IMG/VR virus record: IMGVR_UViG_3300032331_002501
Span: 1-61,715 of that record
DNA length: 61,715 nt
DNA from: a virus
Lineage: Duplodnaviria > Caudoviricetes
Reading direction: 5' to 3' (one strand)
The notes below the pieces were generated by a model. The model searched no databases. It was not told where the DNA came from and saw nothing but the letters and a program-made list of their open reading frames with translations. The translations under genes were made by a program, and so were the position numbers. This document shows positions 38,193-48,683 of the stretch, in pieces; positions within the stretch are counted from its first letter, which is position 1, and every line of letters begins with the position of its first letter.

Positions 38193-39122
38193 TTAAGAAT
38201 CAACTCCATCCGTAAAGGAAGTAATATCTGATGGGTAAAAAGGTGTAGATCTATTAGGATATGTTGAGTCTTCGGGGGTAATTGAAGTTTCAGTACTAAA
38301 GACTACTTGAGTTTTATCTGGGAAGTATTTTATTGATGCTAATTCTTTATTGATAGAATCAGGGATTATATGTCCTCTAAGTGTGATAGTAAATTCGGTT
38401 TGAACTATTCTTTCTTCACCTTGTGATATTGAGTTATTAGTAGTAAAAGAAGTTATTCTAGCTATGAATTTAAATTTTTCAGGATCTCCCCAATATGCTT
38501 CAGAAGCGTAATTTATAGCTTCAACTATTTTATTCATTTGCTCTACAAAATAAGTCATAATTATACATTTATAACTTATAGTTACATAGTCAGGAATAAC
38601 AACAGCATGAATTTTCTTTTGAGGTTTACGATTATTTAATAAAGCAAAATTATCATATGCATCTCTTTGATTCCATTTTTCTACAAAAATTCCATAATTG
38701 TGGGGGCGATTAGCATCTAATTTATTCCCCATATTAAAGTTTTTTTCTAATGATTCTCTTCTAAACATAATTAAAGGAGACATTATTTTATCATTTTGAT
38801 CTCTATAATACCCATCTGCTTGAACTGCTTTCCATCTCTCAGGACTTCCATATATTATAGGAACCGGGATTTGGGTATTGTTTTGATATACAGAAGGTTT
38901 AATAACATTAGTAAAATAATAATGAATTGCTTCATCTATATCTGAGATACTGATGTTAAAAGATTTAGAGGTATCACCAGTAGATGATATTTGATTACCT
39001 CTATTTAAAGGATTTAATTCAAAAGATGAATCATTAGCATTACCATACTCTGAGCTATATGGGTTAATTCTCTCATTGCTGATTTCAGCTTGGGTTTTAG
39101 GTATGGGTTTTCTAGCAGGCAT
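38193..39122 (-). CDS. Tail terminator / sheath stabiliser (gp15-like)
   Basis: VPIIYGSPERW, P.YVTISY, QMNKIVE; position between neck and sheath genes. Confidence 0.65.
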   Translation of the reverse strand: MPARKPIPKTQAEISNERINPYSSEYGNANDSSFELNPLNRGNQISSTGDTSKSFNISISDIDEAIHYYFTNVIKPSVYQNNTQIPVPIIYGSPERWKAVQADGYYRDQNDKIMSPLIMFRRESLEKNFNMGNKLDANRPHNYGIFVEKWNQRDAYDNFALLNNRKPQKKIHAVVIPDYVTISYKCIIMTYFVEQMNKIVEAINYASEAYWGDPEKFKFIARITSFTTNNSISQGEERIVQTEFTITLRGHIIPDSINKELASIKYFPDKTQVVFSTETSITPEDSTYPNRSTPFYPSDITSFTDGVDS

Positions 39123-39628
39123 CAGATTCTAGCTTTAGTTAAACTGTATTTATCAGATGGGATTAATTGTCCTTGACATATGATTGAAATACTAGATCCA
39201 AAGTTTTCTAACCCAGGATTAAGTGGATTAGGATTATATGGATATTCTTCAGATTTACCAACAAAAAGTTGATTTTCTTGGATATTATCTAGTTCAAAGA
39301 AACTTTCATACCACATGATTATATCTCCTACTTCAGGTACAACTTGTGCATCTTTTAAATCATCTCTAAATAAGTTAAAGGTCATAGTTCTTGTAACATC
39401 AGGACCTAAATCACTTGATCCCCATGTTTGGTCGTTTCTTTGAATTAAACAATTTAAAAGAACAGGAGTAAAGAAAAATTTATCTATAGCTTCACCATAT
39501 ATATTAACTTTATTTTTTCCATAATCATACTTATAGTATGCAATTTGTTGAGTGATAATATCCCCTAATAATTCTCGATTAAGGTTTCTAAATAAACTGA
39601 TATCTCTTGCTCCGCCAAATAAAGCCAT
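39122..39628 (-). CDS. Neck / head-closure protein (gp14-like)
   Basis: NIYGEA and PEVGDII motifs; synteny. Confidence 0.65.
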   Translation of the reverse strand: MALFGGARDISLFRNLNRELLGDIITQQIAYYKYDYGKNKVNIYGEAIDKFFFTPVLLNCLIQRNDQTWGSSDLGPDVTRTMTFNLFRDDLKDAQVVPEVGDIIMWYESFFELDNIQENQLFVGKSEEYPYNPNPLNPGLENFGSSISIICQGQLIPSDKYSLTKARI

Positions 39629-39629
39629 G

Positions 39630-40784
39630 TTATCCTATATAAATTAAGTAAGGGGTTTGTTGTAATTCTTTTAATCTAGCATCTGTTTCTAAAGATTTTC
39701 TTTCTAGTATTTTTTCCCTAGAAGTTTCTTCTAAATAAAGTTTTAATTTGTCAACTAAAGCAGTTTTTTCAGCAGTAGCAGCAGCTATAAGATCACCTTG
39801 ATTTAATGTTACTTCTGAGTTAGGGATGGGGATAGTTGAGTATTTACCTCTAATATATCCTAATATTTCTTTACATAGTGCTAATGTATACTCAAATATC
39901 CATTGACGACCAATAGAATTAATCTGCCCATATATGGGGTTTGCAAATGGTACATTAGAAACATTAGTAACTAATCCTGATCCAGAAGGAGCAACTGGGG
40001 TGTTTTTTTCAGATTTAAGGTAATATTCAAACCATAATCTAACTCCATTTTCTCCCTCACCAGGTTTAGGGAATAATCTTAATTTATTATTTCTAAGTTC
40101 AAAAGATATTTGTGATCTCCTTACTAAGTCATTCATTTCAATCTCTTGAATCTTTTGAATATCAAAATAAATAGGATATAAGGTAGCAGTATTAGCTATA
40201 CCGTAGTTAGCCCAACCAAAGTCATTTAATATGTTTAAATACTCATTACCAGCTCCAATGTAAGGATCTAAGTATCTTACAGAAGCAGGAATTTGATTTC
40301 TAAATAAACGAGTTATTGTAACATTTTGACCTGATAAGCTTTGGGAAGCAGCCCATTCATTTAAATCATAATCTTGAACATGTTCTTTAAGTATTATAGA
40401 TCCTGAGTAGAAGTTAACATCTCCTCCTACATTAGCTTCAATTCCATATTGTTCAGAGATACGAATAATTCCTCCTTGGTTAGGGCGAATTAATGAATGG
40501 TTTAATGCAGATGAAGTAGTAAATCCTTCTATATCAAGATAATCTTGTCTAACTTTATATGCATAAACTTCATTTCCATATGTAGTAATTGCTTCTTCAA
40601 ATGCAGTATAGAAGTTTAAGTCTTGAAGTTCAACATCCACTAATGGATACCCTAATCGACGAGCACAAAATGTTACTATTTTATCGGCATCAATTTGAAA
40701 GTCATAATCATAGTCATAAAATCCAAAAGGTGTATTACCAGGGATAAATGAACTTGAACCAGGATATATTGGGATGTTAGCCAT
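39630..40784 (-). CDS. Neck / head-tail adaptor (gp13-like)
   Basis: RRLGYPLVDVEL, WIFEYTLALCKEILG.IRGKY, TLN and a C-terminal YIG. Confidence 0.8.
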   Translation of the reverse strand: MANIPIYPGSSSFIPGNTPFGFYDYDYDFQIDADKIVTFCARRLGYPLVDVELQDLNFYTAFEEAITTYGNEVYAYKVRQDYLDIEGFTTSSALNHSLIRPNQGGIIRISEQYGIEANVGGDVNFYSGSIILKEHVQDYDLNEWAASQSLSGQNVTITRLFRNQIPASVRYLDPYIGAGNEYLNILNDFGWANYGIANTATLYPIYFDIQKIQEIEMNDLVRRSQISFELRNNKLRLFPKPGEGENGVRLWFEYYLKSEKNTPVAPSGSGLVTNVSNVPFANPIYGQINSIGRQWIFEYTLALCKEILGYIRGKYSTIPIPNSEVTLNQGDLIAAATAEKTALVDKLKLYLEETSREKILERKSLETDARLKELQQTPYLIYIG

Positions 40785-40806
40785 GTGTTAGGTTTTGTTA
40801 TAAATA

Positions 40807-41184
40807 TTAATAAAGAACATTCCAACTTGTCCCATCAAAGAAATAAGGTTTTGGCGGAACACTAGAAGATACAGCAAATGATCCAGTAGCTACCCCGGAT
40901 GGGAGTGGATGTGTAGGTAATATAGTTAGTAGGTTGTTTAAAATAATACTACCACTTATATTTATTGAGCTTGTTACTTGTAAACTACTTGTTGTAGCCC
41001 AAATATTAGTACTTATATTAGTAAAAGGGGCTGATGGACCTATAGCACCTTGTGGTCCGGGTGAGTTTACTTGTATAATATCTGTTACAGGTTGTACTAC
41101 TGTTAATTGGTTATTATCAGTATTATTAACAACAACATTGTTAGTGGTTAAATTTACTACTATTCTATTTGAGTTATCAGCCAT
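40807..41184 (-). CDS. Small virion structural protein
   Basis: PGPQG collagen-like start, FFDGTSW end; in the fibre cluster. Confidence 0.6.
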   Translation of the reverse strand: MADNSNRIVVNLTTNNVVVNNTDNNQLTVVQPVTDIIQVNSPGPQGAIGPSAPFTNISTNIWATTSSLQVTSSINISGSIILNNLLTILPTHPLPSGVATGSFAVSSSVPPKPYFFDGTSWNVLY

Positions 41185-41187
41185 ATA

Positions 41188-43908
41188 TTAAAAGAATGTT
41201 AGTTGTCTCCAGAGTGGAGTATCAGTATGTCTTGCTACATAAAGGTATTTTAAGTTATCTTCTGTTCTAATCATCCACATTCTTCGACCTTGAACAGCTG
41301 TACTCATACCTGCTGGTATTTGGCCTGCGTTGTGTGTTATATCTAAGTCAACATCTAAATAATATATACGGGCAGTAGCATTAGATTGAATATATAATCT
41401 ACTTTCTCCATCATAAGCATACATTGTGCCTGTTCCTAATAATTCACTAGTGTTTACTCCTAATAAAGATGCTCTTGGGAATTCAAGTTGCATAGTATTA
41501 ATGTTATATTTAGTATATCTTGTAGTAGAGTTACCTTCAAATAAGTAAATATATTTTCCTCTATTAGCAGCAGAACCTGATGGTCCGTATCCATAAATCC
41601 ATTTTAGTTCTCCTCCTGTTGTTCTTAGAGCATTAGGTATAATACTATAAACACTTGTTGAATCAAAAGCAGTTGTTAATGCTACAGTAAGAGTATTACT
41701 AGTATTAGCAGTAATAATATATTCATTACCTACGTTTGTTCCAGCTAAAATTCTTAAACGAGCACCCGCCCAAAAGTTAGAAGGCCAGTTTTTATTACTA
41801 TCAGTTAACACAGTAGTAGTACCAGAAGTACATACACCATGTCCCCAAGTTGAAGCCATACTTGATGTAGTAAAAATATTAGCAGTAGCTGTAGCATTTG
41901 CACTTATAGACATTGATATAAACTGAGGAGCTGTAGGTGCTATATCAAATGATCTATAAAATGTACCTGCAGGGATACCTGATCCTGTTATTGGGGCTCC
42001 TAATGGTAAAGCTAAAACACTTGCTGATAAGCTAGCTGTAACATATACAAATGGTGCTCCATTAACTGTACTACCTGATACAAAATAAGTACTACCAGTA
42101 TAAGGAGCTGGGTCTAATCCATAACTCGCCTGGAATGAGGCAGATGAAATAATATTATATCCCCAAATTGCTCCTGCTATTGTAGCAGGAAGGACTGAGT
42201 TTAATGTTAATGATTGGGATGTATTACTAGCTATTAAGCGATAATAAGTAGTAGGATTTTGAGCTGTGTTATTCCATATTTGTAATACTTTACCAACATG
42301 CTCATTTGTTATCCAGTTTTTAGACACATCAAAAATTGGAGAAGTAGTATGAGAGTTTAATGTAGCATTAGCTGAAGGTGTACTACTCATACCATAAGTA
42401 AATTGGGTAGGGCCTGTGCCTGCTGTTAATGCAGTAGATAAAGGGTATGAACTTGTTACTACAAAAAATCCATTATAAAAAGATGCATCAGCTCCTAAAG
42501 CCCCAGATACAAAGATTCTATCTCCATCTTTAAAAGAATGGTTAGCAATTGTTGTTACAGTTGCTACTGCTCCAGTTCTAGTAATAGTAGAAATTGGAAA
42601 TTTCATTTCAGTACTAGAAGAATATTGAACATATGCTATATTAGCTACACCCCAATCAAATACTTGAGAAGGAGACCATGAATTACTTTCATCTGAGTAT
42701 TGGGCTAATGTAGCATTAGCTGCCCCCATCATATAATACTTATCATCATCAGGTACTATGTCATATAAATTACTAGCACTTAATGGAAAATCCCAGTCAT
42801 GACCTATAGTGATAGTATCATTAGTATTTCTAATAATAGTATGTTCTTGACCATTAGTTAAATTTCTAACTTTATAGTTATTAAATTGGCCAGGAACCCA
42901 TGTTTTAGTATTATCAGTAAATGATCTAGATGTAGCAGTTGTTATAGATCCTGTGTCATATGCTGCTACAATTGTACTATCAATTCCTTCAATATATAAT
43001 TCAGAAGCAGCAGTATATGAAGGTATAACTCCAGTTTGGGTATGGCTTGAGAACCATTGGCCTCTAAGTGGTTCCCACCAATAATGAGTAAAAAATGAAC
43101 CAGCTGCTACATTTGTTATGTAATGTAATGTTCCACATTTAACCACACATTCACTTGTAATATCTAAAGTAGTAGTTAAGGGTGAATCTAAAGTTATAAC
43201 ACTAGATTCAATGACTGCTCTTGAACCATAAGAAGTGCTAGGTGTTAAGAAAGTAGAATCCCAACCATGATTATAAGCATTATGAGTATCTATAGCATGC
43301 CAGTTAGCATCTGCAAAGTATAAGGTATCATTATTATTATAAAGAATAGTTCTTACAAAGTACTGTTGTGAAGTACCTAAATAAACTCGAATTTGGTAGT
43401 TTCTCCATTGATTTATTCTCCATTTTTTAGATGAATCAGTTATAAAACCTGTAGTATTAGATGTGTTCTGGAAGGCTGTTACAGTAAGGTAATCAAATGT
43501 TGTAGTTTCAGATACATCAGTTATAGTACGTTCTTGTCCTGCTCCTAACCCATTTATAACTTTTATTTTATATCCTTTAACTGTTTCACCAGCTAAAAAT
43601 GCTCCAGTAATTGTAGAACCACTTCCAGCTATAGCATAAGTATGATAACCATCATCTACTTTCCAAGTACCAGTACATGTACTAGTTACACTAACAGGAA
43701 CACCACTATTTATGATAGCCCATGAATCTGAGTAGGTATCGTATTTATAAAAGGTAGTACTAGCAATGGCATATATGTACTGATTTCCACTTCCTGTTAA
43801 TGGAGGTAATATATAAGTAGAACTTGCGTTGTTTGTAAATGGAGAGTATCTCATCCATTCCCATACGGGTTGATCTACTATTTTTCTAAGTCTGTTTACT
43901 AAAGCCAT
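41188..43908 (-). CDS. Large beta-rich virion protein with repeated domains (fibre / receptor-binding candidate)
   Basis: 906 aa, Thr/Ser-rich, with four DxxKxW repeats. Confidence 0.6.
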   Translation of the reverse strand: MALVNRLRKIVDQPVWEWMRYSPFTNNASSTYILPPLTGSGNQYIYAIASTTFYKYDTYSDSWAIINSGVPVSVTSTCTGTWKVDDGYHTYAIAGSGSTITGAFLAGETVKGYKIKVINGLGAGQERTITDVSETTTFDYLTVTAFQNTSNTTGFITDSSKKWRINQWRNYQIRVYLGTSQQYFVRTILYNNNDTLYFADANWHAIDTHNAYNHGWDSTFLTPSTSYGSRAVIESSVITLDSPLTTTLDITSECVVKCGTLHYITNVAAGSFFTHYWWEPLRGQWFSSHTQTGVIPSYTAASELYIEGIDSTIVAAYDTGSITTATSRSFTDNTKTWVPGQFNNYKVRNLTNGQEHTIIRNTNDTITIGHDWDFPLSASNLYDIVPDDDKYYMMGAANATLAQYSDESNSWSPSQVFDWGVANIAYVQYSSSTEMKFPISTITRTGAVATVTTIANHSFKDGDRIFVSGALGADASFYNGFFVVTSSYPLSTALTAGTGPTQFTYGMSSTPSANATLNSHTTSPIFDVSKNWITNEHVGKVLQIWNNTAQNPTTYYRLIASNTSQSLTLNSVLPATIAGAIWGYNIISSASFQASYGLDPAPYTGSTYFVSGSTVNGAPFVYVTASLSASVLALPLGAPITGSGIPAGTFYRSFDIAPTAPQFISMSISANATATANIFTTSSMASTWGHGVCTSGTTTVLTDSNKNWPSNFWAGARLRILAGTNVGNEYIITANTSNTLTVALTTAFDSTSVYSIIPNALRTTGGELKWIYGYGPSGSAANRGKYIYLFEGNSTTRYTKYNINTMQLEFPRASLLGVNTSELLGTGTMYAYDGESRLYIQSNATARIYYLDVDLDITHNAGQIPAGMSTAVQGRRMWMIRTEDNLKYLYVARHTDTPLWRQLTFF

Positions 43909-43909
43909 A

Positions 43910-44428
43910 TTAGCTAAATATTAAGTTTTGTCTTATTAATGCGTATGATTGTCTTGATTGAGGGAAAAACATTGCTTCTGCTGCTGTTATTGTTGAGTTT
44001 TGTGCACCACCTAAAAATGTTAAGTTATGTTGATTTGTAGCAGTAATTGTAGTAAAAGAAGCATCAACCATTTGTAAACCAGTAGATGTTGCTCTTGAAG
44101 ATGGTTCCAGTAACTTAGTCATACGTCTTAATAACTCTGTTTGTTCATTAACTAGTTGAAGTGTTTCATCGGAAGCAGGTGAATATCCATTTTCTAAATA
44201 AATTTGTAATTTATCAGATGCAGACATTGCAGTTGTATTATAACTTAAAGTAAGTACTTTTCCAGATAATGTACCTCCTGAGTTTGGGTCAGCAAAGTTA
44301 TATATAATTTGATTGGTAGTTACATTTGTAATTAATAATAAACGCTCAAGAGTTATTGTTTGGGTAGTTATAAAAGTAACTTGTTTAGTTGATGGGCTAA
44401 ACGTATATGTTTCTAATAATGCCTTCAT
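43910..44428 (-). CDS. Fibre/baseplate connector-like protein
   Basis: YTF...LLLITNVT.N.IIYNFAD...D.LQIY, a recurrent phage structural domain. Confidence 0.6.
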   Translation of the reverse strand: MKALLETYTFSPSTKQVTFITTQTITLERLLLITNVTTNQIIYNFADPNSGGTLSGKVLTLSYNTTAMSASDKLQIYLENGYSPASDETLQLVNEQTELLRRMTKLLEPSSRATSTGLQMVDASFTTITATNQHNLTFLGGAQNSTITAAEAMFFPQSRQSYALIRQNLIFS

Positions 44429-44439
44429 TTATTTACTCT

Positions 44440-44595
44440 TTAATTTGTGTTATTTTCTACTAATCTATATTGTTCTCCAGATGTAGTTTTATTTTGTAAT
44501 TCAACCATAACTTGTTCGGAACGATATTGGTCATAGCAACTAAATACTGTTTCCCATCTTCTATCTTGTAATAATTGTACTTCGTATATTGTCAT
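44440..44595 (-). CDS. Small protein (51 aa), absent from the ORF track
   Basis: MTIYEVQLLQDRRWETVFSCYDQYRSEQVMVELQNKTTSGEQYRLVENNTN, immediately after a late motif (44599-44606). Confidence 0.6.
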   Translation of the reverse strand: MTIYEVQLLQDRRWETVFSCYDQYRSEQVMVELQNKTTSGEQYRLVENNTN

Positions 44596-44614
44596 AATAA
44601 TAAATATATAAAAA

Positions 44615-45853
44615 TTATCCTAATGCTATTGCATAAGCAATTGATAATGCTTGTAAACTTGTTCCATTTTGGGTTAAGTTACCTTGTACATTTAATGAAC
44701 CTGTTATATTTTGTGACCCAGTATTAGTTAATACTTTATGCCATCCAACTTGAGAACCACTATTATAATAGTATAATCCTTCGTTTGTTGATCCTGTTAA
44801 GTATGTTATTAAACCTTGAGCAGGGGATGTGATTGAGGATGTTGTAGCTGTACGTGGTGGGAGAAATCCTTTTGTAGTTGAGTCTATTTGAAGTTGTGCA
44901 GAAGCATTAACAGTTACTAATGATGTATTAGAACCAAACCATGCTGCATTTGTATTTTGGTAACCTAATGTGAAAGTATAGTTTGTATCGTGTTTAAATC
45001 TAAAATTATTACTTGAGTTATTGGTATTAAATAATATACCATTTGCAACTAAACCTGTATTTTCTAAACGAATATATGTGTTTGCACCTGATGAGGGTAC
45101 TAGACCAAATTGGACATTAGGGTCACCTAAATAAGATAATGCTATTAAATTCCCACTAGCAGTTACTGATCCTGTTACTGTTAAATTTTGGTTTAGTGGG
45201 TTAACATAAGAAGCAGTTGATGAAAATGATGCGCTAGTAGATTGAAATGTGTAAGAAGCAGATAACGCATATGATGCAGATAGTGCTGGGTTAGCACTTG
45301 TGTAAATCGACCCAGTTACATATGATGCTGTAGATGCAAATGAACTACTTATAGCTTGTAATACGTATGAAGCTGTTTGAGCGTTTTGCACATAGCTTGC
45401 AGTTTGAGCTGTTATAACATAAGATGCGGTTGTTGCAGTTCCTCGTAATGAACCTGTAAATGAAGGTGCTTCTATTCCTCTAGGAGATAGTAATCTACCA
45501 TCATTTCTAAATTCCCATAAATTAAATAGTGAACCTGATATTGTTGTTATATACACACCATAATCCTCTACTACAAAAGAAGATGATTGGTTATATGATA
45601 GTAATTCAACAAATCCACCAGGCGCTCCTGCTACAATATCAATATATCCAGGATAACTATTGCCGTAATAAGTCGATGTTATTTGAGATCCACTATTAAA
45701 TATAATAGATCCTGTTATTATCTGATTTCCGATAAACGTATTAGATCCAGTAGTTGCAAATGCACCAGTATCAATGCTACCCGAACCTGCTGGGCCTTGA
45801 GGGCCTGGTGGACCTTGGGGTCCTGCGGTGTTTACGACTATTACTCTAGCCAT
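44615..45853 (-). CDS. Fibre protein with collagen-like start and ASY/ASF repeats
   Basis: GPQGPPGPQGPAG, TASY repeats, STTKGFLPPR and a C-terminal IAYAIALG. Confidence 0.7.
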   Translation of the reverse strand: MARVIVVNTAGPQGPPGPQGPAGSGSIDTGAFATTGSNTFIGNQIITGSIIFNSGSQITSTYYGNSYPGYIDIVAGAPGGFVELLSYNQSSSFVVEDYGVYITTISGSLFNLWEFRNDGRLLSPRGIEAPSFTGSLRGTATTASYVITAQTASYVQNAQTASYVLQAISSSFASTASYVTGSIYTSANPALSASYALSASYTFQSTSASFSSTASYVNPLNQNLTVTGSVTASGNLIALSYLGDPNVQFGLVPSSGANTYIRLENTGLVANGILFNTNNSSNNFRFKHDTNYTFTLGYQNTNAAWFGSNTSLVTVNASAQLQIDSTTKGFLPPRTATTSSITSPAQGLITYLTGSTNEGLYYYNSGSQVGWHKVLTNTGSQNITGSLNVQGNLTQNGTSLQALSIAYAIALG

Positions 45854-45857
45854 ATTA

Positions 45858-46244
45858 TTAACGAGTTACTTCTTTGCTTAAACTAACTTGTCCTTCTAAT
45901 AATCGAGTTATTATACTACCTGATGCTATTTCTAAATCGTATCGTGCTGATGCGAATGTGAATGCAGATGCTGAGGGAGCTGAGATAAAAATTCCTATTG
46001 ATCCTGAAGTAGGTGGGGTTGTCCCATTGCTTCCACTAAAATTTAAACCTGTCCCATCGGCTGCTAATGAGCTAGATAATGTAGCATATGTGATAGGGTT
46101 ATTATCAGCATAATTAGATCTAATCATCATTTTACCACTGTATCCTGTTAAATTTACAGGTAGGTTATTAGAATCTTTATATTGGATTTCAAAATTTAAT
46201 GTTGATCCTTGTTCTATTGTAAATGAATATTTTCCAGCAGCCAT
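45858..46244 (-). CDS. Virion structural protein (adaptor-like beta domain)
   Basis: TIEQG, VNLTGY, YDLEI, RLLEG.V..EVTR; late motif at 46259-46266. Confidence 0.7.
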   Translation of the reverse strand: MAAGKYSFTIEQGSTLNFEIQYKDSNNLPVNLTGYSGKMMIRSNYADNNPITYATLSSSLAADGTGLNFSGSNGTTPPTSGSIGIFISAPSASAFTFASARYDLEIASGSIITRLLEGQVSLSKEVTR

Positions 46245-46275
46245 GAATTAGATTTTGTTATAAATATTAACAAAT

Positions 46276-46536
46276 CTAATCTAAATTATTATAAATAGAA
46301 AATGCAGTTGTGTGGTCTTGAAGCATTAATAATATAAAGTAATCTAATTTAGAATCATCTAGATAAAAATCTCTAATCATTTGATCAAATTCATCAATTC
46401 TAGTTTCTATAGATACTATTTTTTGAGATAAATCAGATGGATTATTAAATAAAGTAAAACGTACTTTAGCATCCATAGTATCAAGTAATTCTAAAATATA
46501 ATTTGTACTTAGTTGTGTAAATTTATTTTGTATCAT
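46276..46536 (-). CDS. Hypothetical protein (possible fibre chaperone)
   Basis: 86 aa directly after a fibre gene. Confidence 0.5.
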   Translation of the reverse strand: MIQNKFTQLSTNYILELLDTMDAKVRFTLFNNPSDLSQKIVSIETRIDEFDQMIRDFYLDDSKLDYFILLMLQDHTTAFSIYNNLD

Positions 46537-46540
46537 ATTC

Positions 46541-48673
46541 TTATGTTGGATATATTCCGAAACTATATTGATTAACCGTAGGTCCGTTGGCTACACTAGT
46601 ACTAACTTGTAATGATATCTCAGCGCCTAGTGCAACTGATGCGCTATTAATTGTGTCAGAGTATAAACCAGCTGCTTGACCTCCAGATATGTTTATTCTA
46701 AGATTTGTAGATACACCATTAACTCTAACAGTAAATGTAGTAAAACTACTAGCAACAGCTGCACCATTAGTTCTTATATAAAGATTTTTTAATAACCCAG
46801 TAAATGGAGAAGCTATTTGACGTTGTGTTTCAGTAGCAGATACAGCTGTAGTTCCAAAAGGTAAATAAGTAACTATGGGGTTGGTAAAACCAGCACCCGC
46901 TGCATAGTTACCAAATATAGTAGAACCAATTACTGAGGTTGTTAATACATTTCCACTAGTATCTACACCTAACATTGCTGCTTCAGATCCAGTAAATGCT
47001 TCTGAGCCTGTGTATTTGTTAAATGCGACTTGTCCATTATGTAAGTTAATACCAAAATGTTGGGTAGTACTACTAGAATTTGTTCCTTTTAATATTCGGA
47101 ATTGGTCCTGCCAAGTATCAATCATTGAGGCAGATGTGTATAATCCTCCCGATGCTTGTAATAACATTTGGCCTCCTTCTCCAGGGCTTGTATTAGGTGG
47201 TAAACCTACAATTAAAGTATTTTCTCCTCCACCAGCACTTGAAGTTCCTACTGTTAATTGACCAGTTATTATTGATGAACCTGATGTTAATAGTGAGCCT
47301 GTAATTTGGAATTGTGAGCCAGAAGCAAAAACTAAATTTGATCTAGCAGAATTACTAGTTCCATTTCCAATTATAAAAGCACTTTGTGCTGATGATGATA
47401 TATTATATTGACCTTGTGTATGTTGATATGCTCCTAATGCTACAGTTCCCAATCCCTCCGCATGGGATGCAACTCCTTTTGCTTCTGTACTTGTTCCTTC
47501 AGCATGAGTGTATGAACCAGATGCTATAGTTCCCGATCCTTCAGCATGTGAAGAAGCACCATAAGTAGTAGTACTTTGTCCTTCAGTATGCGAATTATCA
47601 CCATAAGCATTAGTAGTATTTCCTTCGGCATGGGAATAATAACCAGATGCTATTGAGTATGCTCCTTCAGCATGAGATCCTGTTCCATTAGTAGTTGTGC
47701 CAACTCCTTCAACGTGTGAATATGCACCAATAGCTTGATTTAAATTCCCTCCTCCACCACCCCAACCTTCAGCATGAGATCCTTCTCCTATTGCTTGTGT
47801 ACCTGCACCTTCAGCATGAGAACCAACTCCAATTGCTTGGTTGTATGCATTGTATGGAGATCCTTCATCTAAATATGTGTAGTAATAACCTTCAGCATGG
47901 GAAGCAATTCCTGATGCTACAGTAAGAGAGCCCTCAGCATGTGAATAACTTCCAGTAGCTGTTGTACCAGATCCTTCAGCATGTGAAGCATATCCGTTTG
48001 CTGTTGTAGCGTTTCCTTCTGCGTGGGAGCCTGTTCCAGTTGTTTGATTACCGGCTATTCCTTGTCGAAAAGTACCTATTATTGAAGTTGATCCTGTTAC
48101 TCCTAAACTTCCTGTTATTAAGGCAGAGCCTGTGAATGGGAATGCAGATCCACCTCCTGGGGCATATGAAGCTGATAAGGCGTATGAGGCTGAAGTTGCT
48201 CTTGAAGCGGTTAGTGCATTTGAAGCACTTTGCGCCCAACTTGCTGTTCCAAAGAATCCTAATGAGGCTGTTATACTACCTGTAACTAATATTGATCCAT
48301 TAATATCTAGATTGTATCCATTTGTTATAGTAGATTTGTTAATACCCATTGAACCTGTAGCTGGGTTTACTACAAATTTAGTAGAGGCTACTCTTGAAGG
48401 TCTATATCCTGAGTTAGCTAAGAAAAATGATAAGTAGTTTGTAGCATTATTACTTGGTACATCATTTACTTCTATGTTTGCAGTAACGGATGATGTACTT
48501 GCGAATGATGCACTTGTAACAGAACCTAATAAAAATGAAGCAGTACTTGCGAATGATGCACTTGTAATGGATCCTAATAATGATGAAGCTGTTAAGGCAA
48601 ATGATGCGGTTGTTGCTAATGAAGCAGTAGCAGCATTAATTAGTAAACCATTTATTTGTGATATATTAGCCAT
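46541..48673 (-). CDS. Tail fibre with YadA-head-like SHAEG repeats
   Basis: About 14 repeats of (S/T)H(A/T/V)EG at roughly 14-aa spacing, plus N-terminal ASFA repeats. Confidence 0.8.
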   Translation of the reverse strand: MANISQINGLLINAATASLATTASFALTASSLLGSITSASFASTASFLLGSVTSASFASTSSVTANIEVNDVPSNNATNYLSFFLANSGYRPSRVASTKFVVNPATGSMGINKSTITNGYNLDINGSILVTGSITASLGFFGTASWAQSASNALTASRATSASYALSASYAPGGGSAFPFTGSALITGSLGVTGSTSIIGTFRQGIAGNQTTGTGSHAEGNATTANGYASHAEGSGTTATGSYSHAEGSLTVASGIASHAEGYYYTYLDEGSPYNAYNQAIGVGSHAEGAGTQAIGEGSHAEGWGGGGGNLNQAIGAYSHVEGVGTTTNGTGSHAEGAYSIASGYYSHAEGNTTNAYGDNSHTEGQSTTTYGASSHAEGSGTIASGSYTHAEGTSTEAKGVASHAEGLGTVALGAYQHTQGQYNISSSAQSAFIIGNGTSNSARSNLVFASGSQFQITGSLLTSGSSIITGQLTVGTSSAGGGENTLIVGLPPNTSPGEGGQMLLQASGGLYTSASMIDTWQDQFRILKGTNSSSTTQHFGINLHNGQVAFNKYTGSEAFTGSEAAMLGVDTSGNVLTTSVIGSTIFGNYAAGAGFTNPIVTYLPFGTTAVSATETQRQIASPFTGLLKNLYIRTNGAAVASSFTTFTVRVNGVSTNLRINISGGQAAGLYSDTINSASVALGAEISLQVSTSVANGPTVNQYSFGIYPT

Positions 48674-48683
48674 AAATTATTTT

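Noticed and set aside
47440-48030. Regularly spaced CCTTCAGCATG repeats resembling a CRISPR array or DGR repeats
   Set aside because: They encode in-frame HAEG protein repeats and vary at synonymous positions; no cas or reverse transcriptase gene is in the window.
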